DNA from: Nitrosopumilus sp.
GTDB lineage: Archaea; Thermoproteota; Nitrososphaeria; Nitrososphaerales; Nitrosopumilaceae
Reading direction: 5' to 3'
Assembly: GCA_965224195.1 (NCBI GenBank)
Contig: OZ245040.1
Coordinates: 992,001-1,056,000, forward strand
Length of the DNA: 64,000 nt
Numbering within the stretch: position 1 is the first letter of the stretch; each line of letters starts with the position of its first letter. Positions 53,001 to 63,420 of this stretch are shown in pieces. The translations under genes were made by a program, and so were the position numbers. The notes under the pieces were generated by a model, which was not told where the DNA came from, did not search any database, and worked only from the letters and a program-made list of their open reading frames with translations.

Positions 53001-53670
53001 CTTTACTGATTACACATTCTCCATTTAATTTCATAACCTTAGTTGTGATTACTTTGTTATTTTCATTCAGATCTACGATGAGACTGTTTCCACCACATCG
53101 TCTGTTCTCAACATTAGCTGCTAAGATTGGGATTCTATTTTCTAATGCTCTAACTTGAACATACATTTGCCAAGGCTCAATTCCTCTCCTAACTATTCTA
53201 CTAGGAGAAAACAAAACTTGGGTTCCTTTTTTTACCAAAGTATTTGCTACTTTTGGAAATACCATATCATAGCAAATCACCACCCCGAATTTACAGGCAG
53301 TATTGAATATTTTAGTCTCATTTCCTGATTTTACATTGTCTCTTTCGTAATCAAAAGGGTGGATTTTCTCTTGCCTGTCTATGAATTCACCCTTTGGACC
53401 AATTACAGGCGATGTAATGGATGTTTTTTTCTTTGAAATATCATAAAATGCTCCTGGAATTATAGTCATGTTGAATTCTTTTGCTATTTTTTTAAATTCT
53501 AAAAACTCTAAATCAAAATCATTGATCTCATTATTTTTTAGCCATTGTTCTGGCAGGCATACAATGTCTGTGTTTCTTCTTCCTAATTTTTTAAGAATTT
53601 TTACTACGTGAGAAATTCCTTTTTGATTAGTATTTTGTGATACAGTTTGAATTAACCCTAACTTGACCAT
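52954..53670 (-). CDS. Carbon-nitrogen hydrolase (nitrilase superfamily); C-terminus altered by duplication
   Basis: LPE, EKIH and ICYD triad motifs; RALEN. Confidence 0.88.
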   Translation of the reverse strand: MVKLGLIQTVSQNTNQKGISHVVKILKKLGRRNTDIVCLPEQWLKNNEINDFDLEFLEFKKIAKEFNMTIIPGAFYDISKKKTSITSPVIGPKGEFIDRQEKIHPFDYERDNVKSGNETKIFNTACKFGVVICYDMVFPKVANTLVKKGTQVLFSPSRIVRRGIEPWQMYVQVRALENRIPILAANVENRRCGGNSLIVDLNENNKVITTKVMKLNGECVISKEFDLSKYEKNRKIRV

Positions 53671-53844
53671 GATTTTAGAATTATTTCTTAGTAATTATAG
53701 TAGGCGTAATTATGCGATCACTAATTAAAAATTATTATTTTATTTTCTACCGCTACGAAAAATATCATAACACAACAAGAAAAATTAATCAATTCTGTCA
53801 ACTAAACTTGTTAATCATCGATTATCCAACGTAATGAGAAATAA

Positions 53845-56800
53845 TTGTCATTGGTTCATGTTAAAAAAATTGAGATCTTTGGTTTTAAATCATTTGGATT
53901 TAAGAATACTACTGTACAGTTTGAACCAGGGCTAATTTCAATTTCTGGTCCAAACGGTTCTGGTAAAAGTAACATCTTAGATGCAATTCTTTTTGCAATG
54001 GGTGAAAATAAGCCCAAAGTTTTGAGAGTAGATAAACTACGATCTCTAATCCATGATGTTGAAGGTGCAAGACATGGAGCAAAAATGGCCAGATCAAGTG
54101 TTCACTTTGATAACTCTGATAGAAAAATTCCTGTAGATTCTGATGCTGTTGAAATTACAAGAGAAATGGATGCCAATGGCGAAAACACATACTATCTAAA
54201 TAAAAAGAAAACAAATCGAAGTAATATTCTTGATTTACTTGATATGGCAAATGCTGGTTTGGGTCAACTTAATGCTATACAACAAGGAACTGTAACTAGA
54301 ATATCTGAATTCACTTCAGAAGAAAAAAGAAAAACAATTGAAGATTTAATTGGACTATCCTATTTTGATGATAAAAAAGTGGAATCCGTAAAACAATTAG
54401 ATGAGGCAGATAGACGATTGGAAATTGCTCTTGCCAAAATGGGCGAAATTAAAAAGAGAATTGATGAATTAGAAGAAGAAAGAAATCAAAAATTACGCCA
54501 TGATATTTTAGAACGTGAGTTAAATCGCTATAACGCAATAGATGCGGCTAATAAAATGAAAGTTGTTACTAGTGTAAAGATCTCAAAAGAGACCACTTTG
54601 CACACTTTAACAACAGAAGTAGGAAAATTTGATGAAGAAAGAACTATTCTGAGAACAGATATTGAATCGCTTGAAACTGAAAAATCAAAATTAATGGGAG
54701 AAGCTAATAGTTACAATCAAACAAAATCTGCATTAGATACTGAAATTGCAGCTGCTATGGAACAATATGAAATTCACAATAGTGCAATATCTGCATCTCA
54801 AAAAAGAATTGAAAGAATCATTACACGAATTCCTGAATTAAAAATGGAATTAGAATCCATTGATGGTGCTAGAAATAATATTAACACTCAAATTCAAAAA
54901 ATAAAAGAATCAATACAAGAAACCAATGAAAAGAAAAACAGCATTGGAAAAGAACTAGAACTAGTAGATTCTCAAAGACAAAAAGTTTTGGCAGAACAAT
55001 CTGAAGCTGCTACTAAAAAATCTGAAATCGACGAAAAAATTAAAACACTTACTGTACAACTAAATGATACAAAATTAAAATTCTCAAAAATTCAACATGA
55101 AAAAGAACAATCTAAAAAAATTATCGAAGTCAATTCTACTAAACTATCTGAAACAGAATATGCAATTGAAGAATTAAGTATGGCAAAGTCTCAATTAGAA
55201 TCTTTAATAAAAAACAATGATGCTTCAATTGCTGAATTAAAATCTAGAATTAAAAAATTCCAAACAAAAAAATCTAATCTTATCACTGATATGGATGAAT
55301 GGGCACAAATAATTGAAAAATCTGATCAGCAAGCAACACGTTATGAATCAAAAATTAAAACTATAAAAGGGTTCATGCATGAGGATTACACTGTTGCAAA
55401 ATTAAAAGAAGATGCAGAAAGTCTTGGAATTGTAGGGTTAGTATACGAAATGATTTCATGGGATAAAAAATATGATCGTTCTGTTTTAGCGGTAAGTTCT
55501 GATTGGATTAAAGCAATTGTTGTTAATGACTTTGCCACATTACTTGGTATTGCTGAAGTTGCCAAAACCAAAAAACTTCCAAAACTCAAAATTATTCCAC
55601 TTGATGCCATTCCAAAATTCAAACTAACTATTCCAAAGGGACCTGGGGTATTGGGGGTCTTGTCTGACAATGTACGATGTGATCCTGCTTATTCTGCGCT
55701 CAAAACCTTCCTATTTGGAAACGTTGTGCTTACTGAGACTAGAGAATCTGCATACAATCTGTCTCAATCTGGTTACAAGGCAGTAACTATTGCTGGTGAG
55801 TTCTTTGAAGCCAAAGGTGGTACTGTCATAATTGATAATAATTCTAAAATTTCAAAACTCACAAAATTAATTTCTCTGAGCAGTGACATTGATGGTTTAT
55901 TCCAATCCATTAGTTTAGTCAAAAAGGTAATGTTGAATAAAAAACAAGAAATTAAAAAATTAGATAATGCTATTCAATTAAACACTGATAGACTTTCATT
56001 ATCTGAACAATCTTTGTCTTCTGCAACTGAAAATTATTCTAATTTGAAATCTAGAATTTTATCTACCCTTAACATGAAAGAACAATTGGGAAAGAGAATT
56101 TCTGATTTAACTATTAGAAATAACACAATTCAATCAGAAATTAGTACTAATGAATCTCACATTGACTCACTTAATGATAGAATTTCTATTGTTGAACAAA
56201 ACTATGCAAGTGGAGAGCAATCTAGAATTGCAAGTGAATTACAAAGAATTAATCTTAAAAAAACAGAGATTGAAAAATTACATACTACAATTATGAATGA
56301 GTATAGAGATAAAGAATCACAATTTGCCACTATGGAAACTCAAGATAATAGAGAAAAATCTCAATCTAATCGTCTTCATGAAGAAGAGGATTCTTTGAAA
56401 TTAGAACAACAAGAATTAGAAACTAAAATCATGGAACTTGAAATTCAAAAGGAATCCAAAAATGAAATACTTGTACAACTAAGAGAAAAAGAACAAGAAC
56501 TAATTTCTACATCCGGTTCATCCATTGGATGTATTAAAGAATTTGATGATAAACTCAAAGTATTATCTGAAAAAGATAAAGAATTGACTAAACAAATCAA
56601 TACAATTGAACGTCAAACTGATTCTCTTAATCGTGATCTTCGAGATTTAGTTGAAAAAGAGACTAAACTACAACAAGTTCTATCTGCATTTGGATTTGAT
56701 AAAGACATGGAAACATTTGATGTTGAACCAGTTGTACATGGATTGACTACTGAATTGTCTTCGCTAAATGCATTAAATGCCAAAGCTCCTGAAACTTATC

Positions 56801-57375
56801 TTGAAGTATCTTATGGATATCGTTCCATGTCTACAAGAAAGAATTCTCTTGAATCTGAAAGAAATTCTATTGTCAAATTCATTGAAGATATTGAAAAAGA
56901 TAAACGACAAACATTCTTGGATGCATTTGATACAGTCGATAAAGAAATCCGTTTAATTTTCAATAAAATGACTAATGGTAATGCATGGTTAGAATTACAA
57001 AATGAAGATGATATATTCAACTCTGGTATTTCATACTTGATTCAATTCCCAAATAAACCAAAAAGAGAATCTACCTCAATTAGTGGTGGTGAGAAAACAT
57101 TAGCTGCAATTGTATTTGTTCTAGCATTACAAAAATTAAAACCATCTACATTCTATCTCTTTGATGAAGTTGATGCTCACCTTGATGCACCAAACTCAGA
57201 ACGATTAGCAAAAATTTTAGAAGAACGTTCCAAGGAAAGTCAATTCATTATGGTATCTCTAAAAGACTCTGTAATTCAGAAAGCAAAATTGATCTATGGT
57301 GTATTCCCAAAGAATGGTGTCTCACATGTTATCACTTACAAAGATAAACGAATTCCTTCAATGAAAACTTCCTAG
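53845..57375 (+). CDS. smc: Chromosome segregation protein SMC
   Basis: GFKSF, GPNGSGKSN, coiled coils, hinge, SGGEK, FDEVDAHLD. Confidence 0.97.
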   Translation: MSLVHVKKIEIFGFKSFGFKNTTVQFEPGLISISGPNGSGKSNILDAILFAMGENKPKVLRVDKLRSLIHDVEGARHGAKMARSSVHFDNSDRKIPVDSDAVEITREMDANGENTYYLNKKKTNRSNILDLLDMANAGLGQLNAIQQGTVTRISEFTSEEKRKTIEDLIGLSYFDDKKVESVKQLDEADRRLEIALAKMGEIKKRIDELEEERNQKLRHDILERELNRYNAIDAANKMKVVTSVKISKETTLHTLTTEVGKFDEERTILRTDIESLETEKSKLMGEANSYNQTKSALDTEIAAAMEQYEIHNSAISASQKRIERIITRIPELKMELESIDGARNNINTQIQKIKESIQETNEKKNSIGKELELVDSQRQKVLAEQSEAATKKSEIDEKIKTLTVQLNDTKLKFSKIQHEKEQSKKIIEVNSTKLSETEYAIEELSMAKSQLESLIKNNDASIAELKSRIKKFQTKKSNLITDMDEWAQIIEKSDQQATRYESKIKTIKGFMHEDYTVAKLKEDAESLGIVGLVYEMISWDKKYDRSVLAVSSDWIKAIVVNDFATLLGIAEVAKTKKLPKLKIIPLDAIPKFKLTIPKGPGVLGVLSDNVRCDPAYSALKTFLFGNVVLTETRESAYNLSQSGYKAVTIAGEFFEAKGGTVIIDNNSKISKLTKLISLSSDIDGLFQSISLVKKVMLNKKQEIKKLDNAIQLNTDRLSLSEQSLSSATENYSNLKSRILSTLNMKEQLGKRISDLTIRNNTIQSEISTNESHIDSLNDRISIVEQNYASGEQSRIASELQRINLKKTEIEKLHTTIMNEYRDKESQFATMETQDNREKSQSNRLHEEEDSLKLEQQELETKIMELEIQKESKNEILVQLREKEQELISTSGSSIGCIKEFDDKLKVLSEKDKELTKQINTIERQTDSLNRDLRDLVEKETKLQQVLSAFGFDKDMETFDVEPVVHGLTTELSSLNALNAKAPETYLEVSYGYRSMSTRKNSLESERNSIVKFIEDIEKDKRQTFLDAFDTVDKEIRLIFNKMTNGNAWLELQNEDDIFNSGISYLIQFPNKPKRESTSISGGEKTLAAIVFVLALQKLKPSTFYLFDEVDAHLDAPNSERLAKILEERSKESQFIMVSLKDSVIQKAKLIYGVFPKNGVSHVITYKDKRIPSMKTS

Positions 57376-58337
57376 TCTAGTTTCACAAAACATGCTGAGT
57401 AGTGCTCTGCATTATTTTCTTCTAATGTCGGCTCTTCTATACATTTTTCAACGGCATATGGGCATCTTGCTCGAAATCTACATCCCTGATACACATCAAT
57501 ATCTAATGGGTCATTAATTCTAATTTTTCTCTCTTTGTGTAGATTGTCGGGATTAGGCTCTGAAATGGCATCAATTAATGCTTGAGTATATGGGTGTCTG
57601 GGATTTACCAACACTTGATTGATTGGTCCAATTTCAACAATTTTTCCCATATACAGAATACCTATTCTTTGACCAAAATATCTGGCAGTAGCCAAGTCAT
57701 GCGTAATATAGACAAATGAAATATTGTATTTTTTTTGTAATTCATGCATCAATTCTAACATTTCAGCCCTAATTGACACATCTAACATGGAAACTGGTTC
57801 ATCTGCCAATATCACTTTGGGTTTTAGTGCTAAAGCTCTTGCAAGTACCACTCTTTGTCTTTGTCCACCAGATAACATGTGAGGATATCTTTTTACAATT
57901 TCTTCAGCAGGTTCTAATTTTACTTCATGTAATACTTCGATTACTCTTTTTGTTCTGTCTTCTTTATTTCCAATTTTATGGATTTCAAGTGGTTCAGATA
58001 CAATGTCCCCAATCTTCATTCTAGGGTTGATGGAATCATATGGATCTTGATGTATCATTTGACAATTCATTCTAATTTTTGCTAAATTTTCTTTATTTTC
58101 ATCAATCTCTTGGTCTTCAAAAAATATTTTTCCAGAATCTGGTTGTATTGATTTAAGAATTAATTTAGCAATGGTTGATTTTCCAGAGCCTGATTCCCCA
58201 GCTAAAACAAAAACTTCCCCTTTTTTTAATGAAAATGATATGTCGTCAGTTGCTCTTACAGTTGTTGATTTTGTTCCAAACATTCCTTTTTTTGTGAAAT
58301 ATTTTTTCAAATGTTCTACTCTTAGAATTTCATTCAA
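57372..58337 (-). CDS. Oligopeptide/dipeptide ABC transporter ATPase
   Basis: GESGSGKS, LSGGQRQR, DEP, HPYT, GCRF..RC. Confidence 0.95.
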   Translation of the reverse strand: MNEILRVEHLKKYFTKKGMFGTKSTTVRATDDISFSLKKGEVFVLAGESGSGKSTIAKLILKSIQPDSGKIFFEDQEIDENKENLAKIRMNCQMIHQDPYDSINPRMKIGDIVSEPLEIHKIGNKEDRTKRVIEVLHEVKLEPAEEIVKRYPHMLSGGQRQRVVLARALALKPKVILADEPVSMLDVSIRAEMLELMHELQKKYNISFVYITHDLATARYFGQRIGILYMGKIVEIGPINQVLVNPRHPYTQALIDAISEPNPDNLHKERKIRINDPLDIDVYQGCRFRARCPYAVEKCIEEPTLEENNAEHYSACFVKLD

Positions 58338-58432
58338 TAGTTATTGTTGAATAAAGAAGTATATCAAGAAATATCTTTTATGCGTAAAATTTGGGATAAA
58401 GCATTTATGTTAAACAAAGACCGGTTTAATAC

Positions 58433-59455
58433 TTGAATGAAACAATCCAAAAAAATCGTGATTACAAAAAATATGTCATAGATTCAAAACTTCAATATTT
58501 CAAACCTCATGCTAGTAAAATAGAGAAAACATTTGCTGAAGAAATATCTTCAAGCTTGAATAGGAATTCTAAATTTATCACACCTAAATTTTTTTATGAT
58601 AAAAAAGGCTCTGATTTGTTTGAAAAAATCTGTACCCTTCCTGAATATTATCCTACACGAACTGAAATTTCCATTTTGAAGAATTTACAGACTGAATTAC
58701 CTTCATTTATTGATGATTCCTTTAGATTAGTTGAACTTGGTAGTGGTTCATCAGTGAAAACACGACTAGTACTTGATATTTTTACCAAAATGCAACAAAC
58801 TACAGAATATTTCCCAATTGACATCTCTGAAATTTTAACTGAAAGTTCAGAACAACTATTACAAGATTATGACAATCTTCGAATCACCGGAATTATTGAT
58901 ACATACGAAGGTGGTTTAGAATTTTTAAAAAATTATGATGATAAAAATAATCTTATTCTATTTTTAGGTTCTAGCTTTGGAAATTTTTCTCCTGCTGATG
59001 GCAAAATCTTTTTGGAAAAAATAAATTCTACAATGAAATCTGGCGATTTATTTTTAATTGGTTTGGATTTGGTAAAAGATTCACAAATTTTAGAATCTGC
59101 ATATGATGATACACAAGGTGTTACTGCAGAATTTAATCTCAATGTTCTGTCTAGAATAAATGATGAGCTTGATGCTGATTTTAATTTAAATAATTTTTCA
59201 CATTATTCTACTTACAATAAAGAGGATCAGAGAATTGAAATGTATTTGAAATCTTTAGTAAATCAGTCTGTTATAATTTCAAAATCTAATCTTTCATTAA
59301 ATTTAGAAAAAGATGAATTAATCCATACTGAATATTCTCATAAATATACTCTGGATCAAATTAAAACTCTTCTTGAAAGTACTGGATTCAAAATTAATCA
59401 TACTTGGTTAGATGAGAATACACATTTTTCATTAACCCTAGTCTCAAAAAACTAA
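58433..59455 (+). CDS. egtD: L-histidine N-alpha-methyltransferase
   Basis: PKFFYD..GS.LFE.I..LPEYY, ELGSG, GSSFGN, AYDD..GVT..FN, HTEYSHKY. Confidence 0.93.
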   Translation: MNETIQKNRDYKKYVIDSKLQYFKPHASKIEKTFAEEISSSLNRNSKFITPKFFYDKKGSDLFEKICTLPEYYPTRTEISILKNLQTELPSFIDDSFRLVELGSGSSVKTRLVLDIFTKMQQTTEYFPIDISEILTESSEQLLQDYDNLRITGIIDTYEGGLEFLKNYDDKNNLILFLGSSFGNFSPADGKIFLEKINSTMKSGDLFLIGLDLVKDSQILESAYDDTQGVTAEFNLNVLSRINDELDADFNLNNFSHYSTYNKEDQRIEMYLKSLVNQSVIISKSNLSLNLEKDELIHTEYSHKYTLDQIKTLLESTGFKINHTWLDENTHFSLTLVSKN

Positions 59456-60762
59456 ATATTTTCAGCACATCTGAAACCTGAGAACAACCATCTTTCATCT
59501 AGTCTGAAGAAATTTCTGTAACTTCCTCTAATTGACATCTTTGGTGTTCCAAAAGAACCTCCTCTCAAAACTTTTTGATTTGTAAACCATTTGTCATTAT
59601 ATTCGTCAAATCCTGACTTGAATCCTGGATATCCTGTATACTCTGATGATGTCCATTCCCAAACATCTCCAATCATTTGTTGACATCCTGAATTGCTTGC
59701 TCCATTTGGATATGCTCCTACTTCCAAACAGCCCCAATGATATGATTCAAGTAAATTACATTTATCATCAGTTGGTTTTTCATTTCCCCATGGGAATGTT
59801 GTTTTCTCTTGCTTGTCCTCATTCCAACAAGCGGCTTTTTCCCATTCAGCTTCAGTTGGGAGTCTTTTACCTGCCCACTTACAATATGCGTCTGCTTCAT
59901 AGAAACTTACATGACATACTGGTTCGTTTAGATTGATTTTTCTAATTCCTAAAAAGTCTCTTATGTACCATTCATCCTCAATTTTTTCCCAATACATTGG
60001 AGATTTCCATTTGTTTTCTTTGACTTTTTCCCATCCGTCTGATAACCAATATCGGTATGTCTCATATCCGCCGCTTTCCATAAATTCTAGATATTGTTTG
60101 TTTGTTACAGGAAATTTATCTATTTTGTAATCATTAAGATGGACCTTGTGTTCCGGTAATTCAATATCGTAACAAAATTCTTCTCCATTGTTTCCCATGG
60201 TGTATAATCCTCCTTTGATGTGGATTGATCTTCTTTCAATGTTTATCTGTTTTGTAATTCCATTTTTCTTTACAGGTCTGTATTGTTCTGCAAGTAAATG
60301 TTGTAAATCATACACTAAAAGTTCTTGATGTTGACATTCATGATGAAACCCTGTTATGATTAGTTTGATGGCATCTTCACTTAGTGTTTGAGTTTGAATA
60401 AATTTCTCAACTCTTTGATTTATTGTATTGAAATATTGAAAAATTTGATCAGTTGTTGGCCTTGAAACAACTCCCCTCAAACCTTTGTCATGAGGTACTC
60501 CAAATTGCTGATAATAGGAATTTAGATATTCTGAAAATTCTTTAGAGTAAAATTCATAATTTTTATCAATTTTGCTCATTATTGTTTCATAAATCCAACT
60601 TACATGTCCTAGATGCCACTTTGGTGGGCTCATGAAAAATGCAGTTTGAACTACAAAATCATCTTTTTCTAGAGTTTTTACTAATTCTAGTGTTCTACTA
60701 CGTGTCTCTTTAAACTGCTCTAGTAATGAAATTCCTGACTGCAACTCTGGATTGGAGGTCAA
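59452..60762 (-). CDS. egtB: Ergothioneine sulfoxide synthase (DinB plus FGE-sulfatase domains)
   Basis: SPPKWHLGH, HECQHQEL, RLPTEAEWE, GDVWEWT, YRNF, FSGFR. Confidence 0.93.
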   Translation of the reverse strand: MTSNPELQSGISLLEQFKETRSRTLELVKTLEKDDFVVQTAFFMSPPKWHLGHVSWIYETIMSKIDKNYEFYSKEFSEYLNSYYQQFGVPHDKGLRGVVSRPTTDQIFQYFNTINQRVEKFIQTQTLSEDAIKLIITGFHHECQHQELLVYDLQHLLAEQYRPVKKNGITKQINIERRSIHIKGGLYTMGNNGEEFCYDIELPEHKVHLNDYKIDKFPVTNKQYLEFMESGGYETYRYWLSDGWEKVKENKWKSPMYWEKIEDEWYIRDFLGIRKINLNEPVCHVSFYEADAYCKWAGKRLPTEAEWEKAACWNEDKQEKTTFPWGNEKPTDDKCNLLESYHWGCLEVGAYPNGASNSGCQQMIGDVWEWTSSEYTGYPGFKSGFDEYNDKWFTNQKVLRGGSFGTPKMSIRGSYRNFFRLDERWLFSGFRCAENI

Positions 60763-60970
60763 TATTGGAAAATTATGTTTTTTCTATTTTTATGTTTGTA
60801 GGTACTTTTACTGTGGGATATTCTCCCATCGGGTTTTGTCAGATCAGTTCAACACCCTGCCCTTTTGTTATTATACCATCCAAAATATTGCCCAAAAAAG
60901 GTTCAAGCCTTTACGGAATTGCACTCATGAGTAGAACACTTTATGAATGTCTGATTTGGAGAAAAAGAAA

Positions 60971-61654
60971 ATGAAAACTAGGCTTTTGATAATTTTACTT
61001 GTATTTGAAATGATGGCAATTGTAGGATTTATGCTTTCTGCATCTACGACGAAGATGTTGTTGGTTATCGCGGATGGTTAATTGATGGCAATTGTAGGAT
61101 TTTCTATGCTTTCTGCATCAGGACTGTCTTGTGGTATTCCTCTTTTTACAGAATCCTATGAAAGACATGACTTGCTATTACATGGAAAACTTGTTGAAAA
61201 AAACATTCCAGATTTCCTGTCCAACAAACACACTACTCTAATCTTTGATACAATCAAAGTGTACAAAGGAGAGTTTAGTAGCTCATTTACGATAAAAGCT
61301 GATCTTTCTTGGGATGATTACTATAGAGAGAGCGAAGAGTACATCTTGTTTGCAGATAAAGATGGAGATAACTATCTCAGAGAACTGTGTGTACCTGATT
61401 ATTTGGCATCTCCATCTATAGTTAAATTTCTTGATGATAATTCTTTTAAAACTTCAGAGGCTTATTTCTTGTATCTTCTGCTTCCAGAAGATGAATTAGA
61501 AGATGTTCACACTAGAATGAGTCTTTATACTGATTTGAACCGTGCTGAGAGACATAATGGTACTCCTTATCTGATTTATGCTAGCATTCTTGTCTTGATT
61601 GGAACAGGGATTTACTTTTTAGTGTATTTTCTAAAAAAGAGAATTAGAAAATGA
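60971..61654 (+). pseudogene. Secreted, C-terminally anchored protein (MKTRLLII...; possible TIMP/NTR-like domain) interrupted by a duplication plus insertion
   Basis: ATG 60971 reaches TAA at 61079-61081 within the insert; the same frame resumes at 61082 with LSCGIP...CVP and a C-terminal TM ending KKRIRK. Confidence 0.7.
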
Positions 61655-61896
61655 AAACATCTACTAAATTATCTTATCTGGGATTGATAGTGGCAACTAT
61701 CATGTTTTTTTATGGAATACTAGGAATAATTTCGGGGTTAGCGCCATTAATTATTGTGGGAATACCTTATGGGTTGGATGATATACAATTTATCGGAATT
61801 GCGATTCAGAATCTATTATCTGGCATAGTTCTTGTAATTCCTGGAATTGTACTGTATTGGAAATCTAAACTAATTAAGGAATTTTTAAGAAAATGA
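61651..61896 (+). CDS. Small two-TM protein
   Basis: Starts MKT, ends RK; ATGA-coupled at both ends. Confidence 0.7.
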   Translation: MKTSTKLSYLGLIVATIMFFYGILGIISGLAPLIIVGIPYGLDDIQFIGIAIQNLLSGIVLVIPGIVLYWKSKLIKEFLRK

Positions 61897-61965
61897 AAAC
61901 TAGACATTCTCATTAGGGGTTTTATCTAATTGGTTCGAGTCTCTGAATTTTATTCAGTAATAATT

Positions 61966-63420
61966 CTAGTATCCTCTTGCAAAGACTGGAACTGAAACAC
62001 TTTGTTCCTGACAATAGATGCATTTTTGGTTTGTATTTTCACTTCCAAATGGTATAACTCTGATTTCTGCTCCTGTTTCTTCTTTAATTTTTTCTTCACA
62101 TTCTAATTTTCCGCACCAAGGTGAATTGAAGAAACCACCTTTCTCAATTTTTGATTTAAAATTAGAATAATCAGAAATTTCTAGAGTGTTGTTTTCAGCT
62201 TCTTCTTTGGCTTTTTTTAGCATCTCTGCTTGGATTTCATCTAATATTGTGAGTATTTCCTCAGTTTCTGTAAAACTTAAACTAATTTTTTCAAGATTGT
62301 ATCTTTTTGCAACTATTATGCTATTTTTTTCAATGTCTTTGGGGCCTATCTCTATTCTTAATGGAACTCCCTTCATCTCCCAATCATTAAATTTGTAACC
62401 TGGGGATAATCCCTCTCTTTCATCTACATGTACTCTGATGTCTTTTGATTCTAATTCATTTTTGATTTCTTCTACTTTTGGAAGAACTGTTTCTTTCCCA
62501 TCATCATTTCTATAAATGGGAACGATTACTACTTGCATTGGAGCTACCTTTGGTGGTAAAACTAATCCCTTATCATCTCCATGTGCCATGATCATGGCTC
62601 CGATTAATCTCCAAGAGACTCCCCATGATGTTTGCCAAGCAAAATGCTCTACATTATCTTTGTCTGCAAATTTAACTTCAAATGGTTTTGAAAAGTTTTG
62701 ACCTAGGAAGTGGGAAGTTCCCATCTGTAATGCTTTTCCATCTGGCATGATTGATTCCATCGTAGTGGTATATACTGCTCCAACAAATTTTTCTTTTTCA
62801 CTTTTTTTGCCTGTTGTAACTGGAATTGCTAGTTCTTCTTCAACTGTATTTTTGTAAATATCTAAAATCTTCATTACTTCTTTTTCTGCTTCTTCTTGAG
62901 TGCTGTGGACTGTATGTCCTTCTTGCCATAAAAATTCTGAAGTTCTAAGGAATGGTTTTGTTGCTTTAATTTCTGCTCTCAAGGCAGTGTTCCAAAAGTT
63001 AATTTTTAATGGTAAATCTCTCCAGCTTTGAATCCATTTTGAATACAAAGTATATGCTAATGTCTCAGATGTTGGTCTTAATGCCAATCTATCTCCAATT
63101 TCATTAGTTCCTGAATGAGTTACCCAAAACACTTCTGGGTTGAATCCTGCAAAATGTTTTTGTTCTTTACCTAACAGTGATTCTGGAATTAGTATTGGTA
63201 AAAATCCATTTCTAATACCATTTCTTGAAAATTTCTTGTCAAATGTGCTTCTTAGGGATTCCCAAATTGAATATCCGTCTGGTCTGAGGACGATTAATCC
63301 TTTAACTGGGGCGTAATCTGCAAGTTTTGCCTTTAGAACTACTTGTGTGTACCATTCACTAAAATCATCATTCTTTGAAACTGTAATTCCTACGTCTTCT
63401 TTACCCAAACTAGAATTCAT
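61966..63420 (-). CDS. proS: Proline--tRNA ligase (archaeal/eukaryotic type)
   Basis: LRPTSE, FLRTSEFLWQEGH, TSWGVSWR, C-terminal FARGY. Confidence 0.97.
   Translation of the reverse strand: MNSSLGKEDVGITVSKNDDFSEWYTQVVLKAKLADYAPVKGLIVLRPDGYSIWESLRSTFDKKFSRNGIRNGFLPILIPESLLGKEQKHFAGFNPEVFWVTHSGTNEIGDRLALRPTSETLAYTLYSKWIQSWRDLPLKINFWNTALRAEIKATKPFLRTSEFLWQEGHTVHSTQEEAEKEVMKILDIYKNTVEEELAIPVTTGKKSEKEKFVGAVYTTTMESIMPDGKALQMGTSHFLGQNFSKPFEVKFADKDNVEHFAWQTSWGVSWRLIGAMIMAHGDDKGLVLPPKVAPMQVVIVPIYRNDDGKETVLPKVEEIKNELESKDIRVHVDEREGLSPGYKFNDWEMKGVPLRIEIGPKDIEKNSIIVAKRYNLEKISLSFTETEEILTILDEIQAEMLKKAKEEAENNTLEISDYSNFKSKIEKGGFFNSPWCGKLECEEKIKEETGAEIRVIPFGSENTNQKCIYCQEQSVSVPVFARGY

Larger units (their letters stand above)
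60966..61900 (+). repeat. Three copies of the 13-bp gene-junction motif AGAAAATGAAAAC (60966, 61646, 61888)
   Basis: Each copy encodes ...RK-stop overlapping M-K-T. Confidence 0.8.

Noticed and set aside
57359-57370. ATGAAAAC at the end of smc as another cassette junction
   Set aside because: Lacks the AGAAA half, lies in frame inside smc and is not followed by a new gene
61011-61119. Bona fide CRISPR array
   Set aside because: Only two imperfect repeats that are themselves coding sequence, with no leader or cas genes; kept only as a possible ectopic integration
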